Assembly (NCBI GenBank): GCA_963777605.1 | Contig: CAVZRV010000030.1 | Span: forward strand, 384,001 to 448,000 | Origin: an uncultured Acidobacteriota bacterium | Lineage (GTDB): Bacteria > Acidobacteriota > UBA6911 > RPQK01 > JAPXNP01 | DNA: 64,000 bases | Reading direction: 5' to 3' | Shown here: piece after piece, positions 1-9,619 of the stretch | Position numbering within the stretch: the stretch's first letter is position 1 | Layout: each line of letters begins with the position of its first letter | The notes under the pieces: model-generated | The model's input: only the letters and a program-made list of their open reading frames with translations | Databases searched by the model: none | What the model was told of the DNA's origin: nothing | Made by a program: the position numbers and the translations under genes

Positions 1-383
1 CCGCAACACTCCACTTCGTTTTCAGGGAACTGCCGTCGCCGCACACCATCTCGACGTCACACTCATGTGGAAACGACTCGATTTCACGAAGGCGCTTCAG
101 CCAATCCGGCATCGTCTCTTGCTGTCGCGTCGCAATAAGCTGATCCAGCCTCCGATCGGCGATTAAATCGGAGGGCCGGCGCAGAAGCTGCGACAGGGCG
201 GGATTGGCAAGCAGAACTCGGCCCTCCGGCTCGATGAGCAGAGTCGGGAAAACGGCCCCAGAGACCTTTTGTGCGTCGGCCACCGGGATCCAGGATCCTC
301 TCTCGTGATCCGTTGGGGCATTACCGTCGCGAGAATCCAGGTTCCCGCGCCACGGGCCCCCTGGCTGATCCTTTGTCATGCAT

Positions 384-548
384 TTAGCAGTTGCCGTCGC
401 GGCAGGGCGGTGGGGGCGGCGGCGTCGGACAGCAGTCCTCGGTCTGTACAATCGGGTCCTGGCTCTCCGTTCCAGAGCCGGTCTGCGTGTCTGTCAGTGC
501 TACGAACGACAGGGCCGTCAAAGTCGCAACCAAAATCCATTCAACCAT
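384..548 (-). CDS. Small secreted Cys/Pro-rich peptide (54 aa, MVEWILVATLTALSFVALTD...EDCCPTPPPPPPCRDGNC), putative signalling peptide precursor, copy 1
   Basis: GGAG RBS before ATG at 548; hydrophobic N-terminus; near-identical paralog at 38041-38208 with synonymous changes; homology ends at the stop codon. Confidence 0.8.
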   Translation of the reverse strand: MVEWILVATLTALSFVALTDTQTGSGTESQDPIVQTEDCCPTPPPPPPCRDGNC

Positions 549-617
549 CTCCACACTCCCTTTCTGTCCATCGGACCCGCGCAGACTAGACCCGGCACAC
601 GCTTGGGACCAAAAATT

Positions 618-665
618 TTCAGAAGGACCGAACACTTTCGGCTCGAGGTGTTCGGAATGTCCGAA
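618..665. promoter_or_regulatory. Tandem operator 1 (TTCAG-N5-CCGAA at 618; TTCGG-N5-CCGAA at 651) in the divergent peptide/7-TM promoter
   Basis: Boxes 33 bp apart; -10-like TAGTCT (minus) and TAAGCT (plus) each 29 nt from the nearer box; same architecture at four other sites. Confidence 0.8.
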
Positions 666-725
666 AAGAGGTGACCGGAAAGGAATTCTTGATCTAAGCT
701 GGAAGTCGCGAATAGACTTCAGGGG

Positions 726-1466
726 ATGTCGCTGTCTGAGATCCCAATGTTGTTCAACACGGGGCTGTTACTGGTTTTGGTTTTTCGGATGGTGAGCAAA
801 GGATTGGTTTCGGATTACCGCGTTTTCTTCGGCTATCTGGTCTTCGAGACCATTGCAACCCTGGTTTCGGAGTGGATCATCCTCCAATTTGGATTGAATT
901 CGACCGCGTACCGAATTGACTACTACACGTATTCGACTCTGACTCCGGCCTTCCAAATCTGGGTGCTCATCGACCTGGCTCGCCGCAACTTCCGGACCGG
1001 CAGCGAGTCTCCCCACGCCACCAACGTGCTCGCGGTGCTCTCGATCCTCGTGGGGCTTCCCGTGTTCGTGTTCATCGGGTTCTTACCGGTCTACGGCTAC
1101 GATCGGGTTCAGGCCGTCAGTCTGGTCTTTCAAATGGTCCTGACCCTGCTGATCTACCTCTACCTGCTGGAACGACGGGACATTGACCCGGGTAAGAACC
1201 TCAAGGCTATTCTGGGTGGGATGACCCTGATGGTCACCTGCCAGTCGTTGAATTTCGTGAGCTATTTCCAGGACCGAATCGGATTTGAGGTCTTCCAGTT
1301 CGGAGTCCCGGCGATCTACGGTGTGGCCCTGGTGATCTTCACCGTCGGACTTTGGAACTACGCACCGGCAAGTGCGTCGGCGGAACAGCGCACGCTGAAC
1401 CTGGGATTACAGCGGAGTGTCCGTTTAATGCTGCACCTTCTCTACGAGAGGCCATCCAGCCAATGA
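726..1466 (+). CDS. 7-TM integral membrane protein (246 aa), putative peptide receptor, copy 1
   Basis: About seven hydrophobic segments, no cytoplasmic catalytic domain; paralog at 37124-37864. Confidence 0.85.
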   Translation: MSLSEIPMLFNTGLLLVLVFRMVSKGLVSDYRVFFGYLVFETIATLVSEWIILQFGLNSTAYRIDYYTYSTLTPAFQIWVLIDLARRNFRTGSESPHATNVLAVLSILVGLPVFVFIGFLPVYGYDRVQAVSLVFQMVLTLLIYLYLLERRDIDPGKNLKAILGGMTLMVTCQSLNFVSYFQDRIGFEVFQFGVPAIYGVALVIFTVGLWNYAPASASAEQRTLNLGLQRSVRLMLHLLYERPSSQ

Positions 1467-1885
1467 GATTCGATGACTACATTGAAATCTACTTCCTGGG
1501 ACTGGTCGCCTGTGTGGCCGTCGTTGCGGCCTACTACCACCTGGCTCGGATCGAGATCCGGGAATCGGATCGCAAGAAGCTCAGTGAAGCCAACCTCAAT
1601 CTGGAAGTGATCCTGATCATGCTGGAAGCGCCCGACACGCAGTACCTGATGTCAAAATCGGGCAGAGGAAAGTTCCTCTTCACGGAGTATTCCCGCTCGC
1701 TCAGGGCAGACGTCCTGGGGCTCATCCGGACACGGGAACTGGGTCTGAAGTCCTACGGACTGATTGCCGCCTTCTACGCCACCTATTGGGTAATGTCCTG
1801 GAAGAGCAAACTCTCGGCCAGTCTCAACGACATTCGCGTGCTCTCCGCGCTGGAACTCAGGCTGGTTCGGGCTCTAGTGTTCTGA
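1463..1885 (+). CDS. 140-aa membrane-anchored hypothetical protein, copy 1
   Basis: ATGA overlap with 7-TM stop; N-terminal TM helix; same length as paralog 36705-37127. Confidence 0.85.
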   Translation: MRFDDYIEIYFLGLVACVAVVAAYYHLARIEIRESDRKKLSEANLNLEVILIMLEAPDTQYLMSKSGRGKFLFTEYSRSLRADVLGLIRTRELGLKSYGLIAAFYATYWVMSWKSKLSASLNDIRVLSALELRLVRALVF

Positions 1886-2452
1886 GTCGTCAGAGAACAG
1901 CGCACACCAGTTGACCAGGTAGTGCTGAACCAGCTTCTCCACGTAGCCCGGGCACCCTTCCGCCTTGAGGAAGAAATGGTAGGTGGCGTCGAGGTAGTTC
2001 TGCTGCCACCACAGGCCTTCACTGGGAGGATGGCCGTTTTCCAGGCGGACCAGACAGCGATCGAGCAGGAAGTCGCTCAAGTTCTGATACATCACGATCC
2101 GGCACGACCGGCCACGAACCTCAAACAGGGAACCCCCTTCAGCCCCGGAGAGCCGGATGACTTCTCCGAGGCGAAATTCCTGAAGCCGCCTCAGGTAGAG
2201 GAGTTCGCTGTCCTCGGCGCGGGTTCCTGACGATTCTGTCGGCCAGACTGCCGAGATATCGGCCTCGAGCACCCCGAGCACCCGGAACAGCGACTCCAGG
2301 TTCAGCCGGTAGGCTCCGGCCTCCATCGAGGCGTAGGAACTCGTGGGAATCCCGGCCCGCTCCGCAAGCTCCCTCAAGCCCACATTTCTCATCAGGCGCA
2401 GTCTTCGAAGCCGTTGTCTGACAAAATCATTCACCGATTGCCCGCAATCCAT
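1874..2452 (-). CDS. XRE/Cro-family HTH transcriptional regulator with uncharacterised C-terminal domain (192 aa), copy 1
   Basis: RLRRLRLMRNVGLRELAERAGIPTSSYASMEAG HTH_3-like pattern; start set by alignment to 36138-36716. Confidence 0.85.
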   Translation of the reverse strand: MDCGQSVNDFVRQRLRRLRLMRNVGLRELAERAGIPTSSYASMEAGAYRLNLESLFRVLGVLEADISAVWPTESSGTRAEDSELLYLRRLQEFRLGEVIRLSGAEGGSLFEVRGRSCRIVMYQNLSDFLLDRCLVRLENGHPPSEGLWWQQNYLDATYHFFLKAEGCPGYVEKLVQHYLVNWCALFSDDSEH

Positions 2453-2486
2453 GGCTATTTCCCCCTTGGCATCACTTTGTCGGGAA

Positions 2487-2515
2487 ACGTTATCGACGGG
2501 TTTCGGTCCTGTCAA
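2487..2515 (-). promoter_or_regulatory. Sigma70-type promoter of XRE copy 1
   Basis: TTGACA-N17-TAACGT; same hexamers conserved upstream of all three XRE copies while spacers diverge. Confidence 0.75.
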
Positions 2516-2599
2516 TACCCCAAAAGAGCATCTCGAGCGATCATCCTCTCAGACGCCACACGACGCCCCCTCGTGAAACGGCCGGAGCAGACCAGAGTG

Positions 2600-2647
2600 T
2601 TCGGGTATTCCGAACACTTTTGCCCCGAAGTGTTCGGACATTATGAA
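2600..2647. promoter_or_regulatory. Tandem operator 2 upstream of the Rhs operon
   Basis: TTCGG-GTATT-CCGAA (2600) and TTCGG-ACATT-ATGAA (2633), 33 bp apart; TACATC 29 nt downstream. Confidence 0.75.
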
Positions 2648-2736
2648 AATTCTTGGGGGCGAGAACCACGTTATGGTACATCCCGCTCGAGCGACGGGTT
2701 TCCTCAAACCGAAACTTTCGATCGGGAGAGTCTGTC

Positions 2737-3432
2737 ATGAAAGTGAAGCCAGTGCTTGTGCTTCCCGCCTTGTTTCTCCTCACCGCCCTGCTTCCGGCCC
2801 AGTCGGTTGCCGACCAGATTTTGGAACGCTACGGCGGTCGGGCCGTCGTATCCGAACTCGGCCGCTTCGAGGTCACAGGACACTTTGAAGGCACCAAGGT
2901 GGCAGAGGCTTTCACGCTTCGGGCCGCGGGTGAGCGAAGCCACTTCGAGACGCCGACGTTTCGCGAGATACGCGACGGGTCGATTGGTCAAGCGGCCCCT
3001 TCCGATCGCGCGCTGGCCGCTCCGAGAAGACGGATCGTCGGTACCGACGACCGGTTGATTCTCCCCATGAGTCTTTTGTCACGTCTGGCCTCATTTCGCT
3101 ATGCGGGCCTCGAGCAGGGAAAGTACTGGTTCGAAACCCAGATCGACAAGAAGGAATTCATCGGCTACGACCAGCCGCCGGTTCAGGTCGAACTGACATT
3201 TGACGCCACGACGTTGCTCTTACAGAGCGCGCGATTCATCGACCCCAACCGCGGGTCGGACTTCGCACTGACCTACGAGGAGTACACGCTCGTTGGCAAA
3301 GTGCCGGTTGCGACGCGCATCGTCCGCTGGATGAACGAGGAGCCGATTCATGCCCTGCGGATTGAGACGGTCAGTTTCAGTCCGACCTTCACCGACGAGG
3401 ACCTGGCTCTGGTTGAGGAAGGAGGCCGCTAA
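2737..3432 (+). CDS. Secreted beta-rich protein (231 aa), possibly LolA-like fold, translationally coupled to Rhs
   Basis: Signal peptide MKVKPVLVLPALFLLTALLPAQ; C-terminal pattern ELTFDATTLLL...TYEEY..VGKVPVATRIVRW; TAATG overlap; truncated paralog at 35530-35843. Confidence 0.7.
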   Translation: MKVKPVLVLPALFLLTALLPAQSVADQILERYGGRAVVSELGRFEVTGHFEGTKVAEAFTLRAAGERSHFETPTFREIRDGSIGQAAPSDRALAAPRRRIVGTDDRLILPMSLLSRLASFRYAGLEQGKYWFETQIDKKEFIGYDQPPVQVELTFDATTLLLQSARFIDPNRGSDFALTYEEYTLVGKVPVATRIVRWMNEEPIHALRIETVSFSPTFTDEDLALVEEGGR

Positions 3433-6400
3433 TGAACACCAGCACACGGTACCTCCTTGCGCTTTTGGCCAGCTGTTTGACCTTCTCAGCCGTCTTGGCC
3501 GACGACCCGTATGAAGCGGAAGAGAACAAGAACGGCTATCAGTTGACTTCAACCTACGGTGGGTTCCTCTCCTCGGGAGGCCTCTACTCGCTCAACGTCA
3601 ATCAATATACCGGCGGTTACAACCTGCACATTCCGATTCTATCCCTTGCAGGCCGGGCCGGGCATGATCTCAACATCACGGCCACTTACAACAGCAAGCA
3701 GCTCTGGCTCGAGCCGTGGCAGATGTACACCTGGGAGGGATACCGCTACGGATTCAATATCAACAGCTATTTGCCCGGACCTCACTCGGGACGTTGGCTA
3801 CTGAACATCTGGCCCTCCATCAAAGAAGAGGTCCCAAACAGTCTCTACTACTTCACCACTCCAGACGGCGCCGTTCACGTTCTGAACCAGAACGTCAGCA
3901 ACCGGTTCTTGGCCGCTGACGGCAGCTACATCGCCTACATTCCCTCTACCAAGAAGGTGGTCTACCCCGACGGCAGCTTCTGGGACTTCAGCGTCTACGA
4001 CACCCAGCACAAGGTGCATCATGTCGATCGCAACGGCAACCGCATCACTTACGTCTACAGCCAATACTCCGGATCGCTGTGGCGCCCCACCCAGATCATC
4101 GATACCCTGGGACGAGAGATCAACTTCGTTTATGGAGACTCGGAGTGGTCCTATGTCACCGAAATTCAGATCCTGAACCGGGACGGTACGGGCCATCAGA
4201 CCTTGACCTACGAGCTTGACTATTCGAGTGTCCCGGTCGACTTGGACGCCATTGAGTACCACAACGGTTCCTGGCGGAAGTACTACGGCACGATCTATGG
4301 GCTCTCCGATTATCGCGTGCTGACGTCGATCGGGCTGCCGAATGGGACGGGTTACTCGATCACCTACGCGACGGATCACGTCAAGAACGAGGCCGAGCAG
4401 TGGGAGGATGTGAGTACCTATCAGCTGGACGAACTCACGTTGCCGACCGGGGCTACGGTCTCCTTCGACTATGCGACACCCCCGGTTCCGACCGCCAATC
4501 AAACCACAACCGCAATTTGGGGCGAGCAACTGAAGTATGCGGAGCGGGTCAGCCGCAGGGTCTCGAGCGTAACCGTCGATCCACTGGACGGCTATCCCTT
4601 CGCGACCACCTACAGTTTCGTCCGGGACTCCGACAACAACATTACGCAAACCACGGAGACGAAACCGGACGGCAGCAAAGTGGTCACTGATTTCTACGGT
4701 TCCACGGAAAACAGCGCGTTACTTCGGGAGGTGCAGACCGTCTATGACACGAACGGGACGACCGAGCTTCGCAGTTCAGAATCCGGCTGGGCCGACACGA
4801 GCTATGGTAAGCGCATCTCGGTCAGTTTGACCGAGGAGCGGTCCGCCTTGGCCGCAACACCGAGTTATGTTCGGACCGAAAGGACCTACGACTACTTCGG
4901 CCGCCTGACTCGGGAGAAGGTCCTGGACGGGGATCGCATTAACTACTACTACCCGCTTCGCGCCCGGCATCTCGAATACGATACCTTCGACTGGACTCGC
5001 TATATCAGTAAACTCCGCCGCGTCGAGGAGACGGCCTGGAACGGCACCTCCGACGAGTACGTGGTCCAAGCGACGGTGTACAACTACGACCAATACGCAC
5101 TGACCGATCGAACGAGCCCCGCCCAGCACGACCCGACCTTTACGACCAGTTACACGAACCGCGGAAATGTGACCCAGGTCCAGGCATACCTTGTGTCCGA
5201 AAATCGCTGGATCACCACCCAGACCCACTACGACATCCTCGGAAACCCGGTTCAGGTCACCGACCCGTTGAGTCATTCAACGACGACCACGTATGCGGCC
5301 GGCACAAATAACCACTACGCCTTTCCGACCCGCGTGACCAACGCCCTCAGCCAATACACCGACATCGTCTTCGACTTCTATACGGGTCTCCCCTTTCAGG
5401 TTACCGATCCCAACGGCCAATCCAGTACGTTCACCTACGATATCTACAATCGACTTATCCAGAAGAACACGCCCGGTGGGGGCCAGGAGAATTACGCCTA
5501 CTACGATCAGTACAATACGGGGATTTACCGTCTTAAGTCGGAAAAGACCGGAAAGATCACCTCCACGGACTCCGCGACCCAGACGATGTACTTTGACGGG
5601 ATCGGCCGGCTGGTGCGGACGGAGCTGGAACAGGATGTGGGAGGGCCGGTCATCATCGACCGTCAATACGAACTCTGCACCTGTAGCGGCAAGGTCGCTC
5701 GAGAGTCGATGCCCTATCGAAGCGGTGAACCGGTCCTCTGGACGGAAAAGCGCTATGACGGGCTCGGCCGGGTTCTCAAGGTCATTCCCCCGGACGGGAG
5801 CGCATCCTCCAACAACACCGAGTATCGGTACAAGTTCGGGGAAAGTCCCCTCTCGGGCCTTCACGGCGCCTCGTTTGTCGGCGTCTTCGACGGCACCCGC
5901 CGGGGCCGGGTCTACGTCTATGGGATGGACGGCGACCTGATCGAAGTGGGAGAGGACGCCAAGTACTCCGATCTGAGCTACACCTACGCGACGCAGTACG
6001 AGAAGCGGCCCGATACGAACTACCTGACCAACGGCCGACGCCGCGACGGCGTCCTGATCAACTATGCCCGCACCACCTATCGGGACATCATTCAGGGCTC
6101 TCAGACCCGGACCTTCCGGTCCGACAGCTTGGGACGCCTGGTCTCCGAGCTTCATCCCGAAAACGGCACAACGTCGTACACATACGATGACGCCGGAAGG
6201 CTTGCGACCCGCACGGATGCCCGCAACTGGGTGACCAACTACTCCTACGACAATATCAATCGGCCCACCGGGCGGACCTACTCGGGTGATGGCGGTGTGA
6301 CGCCGTCGGCGACCTACACCTACGATCAAGGCACCTACGGGATCGGCCACATGAGCAGCTGGTCGTCGGCGAACAACGTCTCGGGCGGAGCCGAGTTCGA

Positions 6401-9131
6401 TGTCGCGGGCCGCACGACCCGTCAGTGGCTGTCGCTTCCGTCGAACTCCCAGGAAGAAGTGAACTATACGTACAATCTCGCCGGCCAACGCACGTCGTTC
6501 GAGTATCCGAACAACGAGACGTTGACTTACAGCTACAACGGGATCGGCCAGTTGACCGATCTGACCTCGAGCTGGGTCGACGCCCAGCATCCGGCCAATC
6601 TCCTCTCGTCGATTAATTACAACTCGGCCGGACAACCCGACTATGCCCTCCTGGGGAACAATCGGGAGCTTCGGCGGGGATACCATCCCGTGACCGGACA
6701 ACTCCAGCATCACGAGGTCCGAAACATCGACATTCCCTTTGCGAATGCCGGCTTCGAATCGGGATCGGGCGGCGATGCCTCCGACTGGTCGGAGATCCTC
6801 GGGTCGGCCAGAAGCGACGAGGCGGCCCTAACCGGCAAGTACTCGTTGAAGCTGGCCTCAGGATCGCTGGCCCTGGCCTCGGCAAGTAGCTACATCGCCG
6901 TCCAGGGCAGTACCACCTACACCCTGTCCGGCTACCTCTACCTGTCCTATTACCACTCGGGCAACGTCTACATCGATCCCGACGGCGGAAATGCCCAGGG
7001 GCAGGCTTTTACGAACGCCCAAGCGTTTGCCGACACGTCGAAAGTCGGCACGTGGCAGCGCGTCTCGACGACGTTTACGACCGCGGCCGGGACGACTGGA
7101 GTCAAGGTCCGCGTGGTCCACGACGGAGGCCAGTCCGGAACCTCGGCCGTCTTCTATGCCGATGAGCTGTCGATTACCGCCGGCACGACGGCTCCGGCCG
7201 CGGCCTGGACTTACGATTACCGGGACGGTGGGGTGGCGGTGGCGAACTCGAGCTTTGAAGCCGGCTCATCGACCAATGCCGTAGGCTGGAATCAAACGAC
7301 CTACGCTTACCGGGACGGAGCTCGGGCGAAGGCGGGAGCGTACTCGATGAAACTGGGCGGCTATTCGACGACTGTCGCGACCTTGTCGAACTACGCCAAG
7401 GTCCGGGGCTCGACCCACTATCGCCTTTCGGGCTGGATCTATATCAGCTCCTACGGGAGCGGCAACGTCTACCTGGACCTCAACGACGGCAACGGCGAAG
7501 GCCAGAACTTCACCGACCTCAACCTCCAGGCGAATACCGGAACCGTCGGAAGTTGGCAATACGTCACCGGAACGTTCGACACGGCGGCCTCGACGGCCGG
7601 CGTCAAGGTGCGCTGTGTCAAAGACGGCGGCTACACCACAACCGCCTACTTCGACGGGATCGAAATCCGGGAGGAGTCGGCGGACTTCGGCACCCCGCAA
7701 AACGGCATGATCCAGGCGATCCAGGACCAGGTCAATCCCAACTACTCGGAGACCTATCACTACGACGAACTCTACCGGCTTGACTCGGCGGAGACCAGTG
7801 TCTGGAGTCTGTCCTGGGTCTACGACCGTTACGGCAACCGGTTGAGCCAGTCGGGATCGGGTGGCGTGCCGACCGAGACCCTCACGATCAGTACCACTAC
7901 AAATCGGGTGAGCGGCTGGACGTACGATGCCGCAGGCAATGTCACCAACGACGGCACCCACACCTATGCCTATGATGCCGAAAACCGCTTAATCAGCGTC
8001 GATGCGGGAGTCACCGCGACCTACGCATACGGCCCCAACGGTGAACGGGTCTGGAAAATTGCCGGAGGCGTGACAACCTACTACTACTGGGGGATCGGCG
8101 AGAAGGTCTCGGGCTCCTGGACCAAGTTCTTCGTCTCGGGCCTGGGTGGTAAGCTGGTCGAGTACAGCAGTTCGACGACGAAGTTTTTTGTGACCAATCA
8201 TCTCGGCAGTGTGGCGGCGCGCATGGATGTCAGTGGAACCCTCAGTGAAACCTACCGCTATCTTCCGTTTGGAGAGCTTTTTGCGGGCTCCGCAACCACC
8301 CACGAGTTCACCGGCAAGGAGCGGGATCAGGAATCAGGGCTCGACTACTTCGGGGCACGGTATCTGGCGTCCAATCACGGCCGGTGGATGAGTGTTGATC
8401 CGGTCTTTCGGAAGGCCCATGACCCACAATCTCTAAATAGGTATGCTTATTCCCGGAACGATCCCATTGGCAAGTACGATCCAAACGGCGAGGAATGGCG
8501 CATCGTGGACTGCGGAGTTGCCGACACGGGTACCCGCGTAATTGGCCTTCCGGGTTCTACTCAAAAAGAAGAATATTACTGCATATACAATTGGTATCCC
8601 GATGCCCCACCGCCAACAACACCGCCCGCGAAACCTCCAACCAAGGAACAGGATCCCGTTAGAAGGATTCCATGGAAGGAGGTCGAATCGGATTGCATAT
8701 CCCAATGGGCAAAGGATCTGCTCGCACCCTACTTTCCTGATTTAGACTTGGACAGCGTACCGGTTGTCCCGGTCCCGTGGAGTTATCCTGGACTTGTCAC
8801 GCTTGGTGAAACAGACAGATGGCGTGGGATCACCCTCTTTCCCATTGTCTTCTACGATCCTTTGAAGCCTGGAACAGATCCTGGCAGTGACGCTGGCCTG
8901 TGGCTGTTCGCCCATGAATTCACACACTTGGAGCAAATCGAGAACTATGAATTCTTGGGCAGGGAGTGGTTCTATTACACGTACGTCACCTGGTGGGCAT
9001 GGAACGTTTTTCACAATGGTGGATACTCCGATATAGGATTTGAAGAGTGGGCAAACCAGAATGCTAGTGAAATCATGGTGAAAGTGCGGGAGCAGTTAGC
9101 CGGAGGAGAAGGCACCCGTGTTTGTCGGTAA
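3432..9131 (+). CDS. Rhs/YD-repeat polymorphic toxin (1899 aa): Sec signal peptide, two carbohydrate-binding-like domains in the core, C-terminal HExxH (DUF4157-like) domain
   Basis: Many YD repeats; Rhs-associated core FTGKERDQESGLDYFGARY...W.S.DP...NRYAY..NDP...DPNG; C-terminal FAHEFTHLEQ. Confidence 0.92.
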   Translation: MNTSTRYLLALLASCLTFSAVLADDPYEAEENKNGYQLTSTYGGFLSSGGLYSLNVNQYTGGYNLHIPILSLAGRAGHDLNITATYNSKQLWLEPWQMYTWEGYRYGFNINSYLPGPHSGRWLLNIWPSIKEEVPNSLYYFTTPDGAVHVLNQNVSNRFLAADGSYIAYIPSTKKVVYPDGSFWDFSVYDTQHKVHHVDRNGNRITYVYSQYSGSLWRPTQIIDTLGREINFVYGDSEWSYVTEIQILNRDGTGHQTLTYELDYSSVPVDLDAIEYHNGSWRKYYGTIYGLSDYRVLTSIGLPNGTGYSITYATDHVKNEAEQWEDVSTYQLDELTLPTGATVSFDYATPPVPTANQTTTAIWGEQLKYAERVSRRVSSVTVDPLDGYPFATTYSFVRDSDNNITQTTETKPDGSKVVTDFYGSTENSALLREVQTVYDTNGTTELRSSESGWADTSYGKRISVSLTEERSALAATPSYVRTERTYDYFGRLTREKVLDGDRINYYYPLRARHLEYDTFDWTRYISKLRRVEETAWNGTSDEYVVQATVYNYDQYALTDRTSPAQHDPTFTTSYTNRGNVTQVQAYLVSENRWITTQTHYDILGNPVQVTDPLSHSTTTTYAAGTNNHYAFPTRVTNALSQYTDIVFDFYTGLPFQVTDPNGQSSTFTYDIYNRLIQKNTPGGGQENYAYYDQYNTGIYRLKSEKTGKITSTDSATQTMYFDGIGRLVRTELEQDVGGPVIIDRQYELCTCSGKVARESMPYRSGEPVLWTEKRYDGLGRVLKVIPPDGSASSNNTEYRYKFGESPLSGLHGASFVGVFDGTRRGRVYVYGMDGDLIEVGEDAKYSDLSYTYATQYEKRPDTNYLTNGRRRDGVLINYARTTYRDIIQGSQTRTFRSDSLGRLVSELHPENGTTSYTYDDAGRLATRTDARNWVTNYSYDNINRPTGRTYSGDGGVTPSATYTYDQGTYGIGHMSSWSSANNVSGGAEFDVAGRTTRQWLSLPSNSQEEVNYTYNLAGQRTSFEYPNNETLTYSYNGIGQLTDLTSSWVDAQHPANLLSSINYNSAGQPDYALLGNNRELRRGYHPVTGQLQHHEVRNIDIPFANAGFESGSGGDASDWSEILGSARSDEAALTGKYSLKLASGSLALASASSYIAVQGSTTYTLSGYLYLSYYHSGNVYIDPDGGNAQGQAFTNAQAFADTSKVGTWQRVSTTFTTAAGTTGVKVRVVHDGGQSGTSAVFYADELSITAGTTAPAAAWTYDYRDGGVAVANSSFEAGSSTNAVGWNQTTYAYRDGARAKAGAYSMKLGGYSTTVATLSNYAKVRGSTHYRLSGWIYISSYGSGNVYLDLNDGNGEGQNFTDLNLQANTGTVGSWQYVTGTFDTAASTAGVKVRCVKDGGYTTTAYFDGIEIREESADFGTPQNGMIQAIQDQVNPNYSETYHYDELYRLDSAETSVWSLSWVYDRYGNRLSQSGSGGVPTETLTISTTTNRVSGWTYDAAGNVTNDGTHTYAYDAENRLISVDAGVTATYAYGPNGERVWKIAGGVTTYYYWGIGEKVSGSWTKFFVSGLGGKLVEYSSSTTKFFVTNHLGSVAARMDVSGTLSETYRYLPFGELFAGSATTHEFTGKERDQESGLDYFGARYLASNHGRWMSVDPVFRKAHDPQSLNRYAYSRNDPIGKYDPNGEEWRIVDCGVADTGTRVIGLPGSTQKEEYYCIYNWYPDAPPPTTPPAKPPTKEQDPVRRIPWKEVESDCISQWAKDLLAPYFPDLDLDSVPVVPVPWSYPGLVTLGETDRWRGITLFPIVFYDPLKPGTDPGSDAGLWLFAHEFTHLEQIENYEFLGREWFYYTYVTWWAWNVFHNGGYSDIGFEEWANQNASEIMVKVREQLAGGEGTRVCR

Positions 9132-9597
9132 CGTAAAACGGGCGTTTCTAGTGGCACTGTGCCTAAACGGGATAGCTGGCTGCTTGCCAGAAGGCCCTCC
9201 GGTCTGCAGGGAGTACTTCAGTGCATTGCCCTCTGCGAGACGCCCTTTCAGCGAGTACTCGATGAACGACCAAGTTGAGATATTCATCTGCGGACAAGCA
9301 ATGCACCCACCGTATATGCCGATTGCCACACTCGCGGGTCATGGATGTGAAATTCTCCCATTGCTCCGAGACCGATTGGTACAGACTGATGATGATCGGG
9401 TTCGTGAGGCGCTCATAACCGTGGTTTGGATTGTTGGTCAGGAACGTTGCGACCTACGGAAAAGAACGGACATCACAGAGGCCGTTCGTACTTCAATCGG
9501 AAGAATGAGATCGGCAGGAGCAAGAAGGATCGCCCTACACAGGCTGCAGGAGATGCTGAATGGGCCGATAACTCACGGGAGAATTCAAGAGAGGTGA
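9118..9597 (+). CDS. Putative immunity lipoprotein
   Basis: Overlaps Rhs 3' end; lipobox-like LNGIAG-C; helical. Confidence 0.65.
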   Translation: MFVGNVKRAFLVALCLNGIAGCLPEGPPVCREYFSALPSARRPFSEYSMNDQVEIFICGQAMHPPYMPIATLAGHGCEILPLLRDRLVQTDDDRVREALITVVWIVGQERCDLRKRTDITEAVRTSIGRMRSAGARRIALHRLQEMLNGPITHGRIQER

Positions 9598-9619
9598 TCG
9601 CCCGGGGCGCAATGGGCGA

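Noticed and set aside
593-607. Sigma54 promoter-like CGGCACACGCTTGG
   Set aside because: GG-N10-GC spacing and the -12 GC are not satisfied in either copy.
618-665. LexA box or REP-type repeat interpretation of the operator
   Set aside because: Half-site orientation and spacing differ from CGAAC-N4-GTTCG and GTTC-N7-GTTC, and the sites occur only upstream of gene starts with fixed promoter geometry.
391-795. Gly-rich ORF MPSRQGGGGG (and its counterpart 38001-38507)
   Set aside because: Antisense shadow of the peptide gene; the RBS, synonymous pattern and homology boundary support the opposite strand.
3798-8303. Long minus-strand ORFs opposite the Rhs gene (similar ones opposite tnpC, istA and the integrase)
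   Set aside because: Typical stop-poor antisense frames of high-GC genes with no recognisable motifs.
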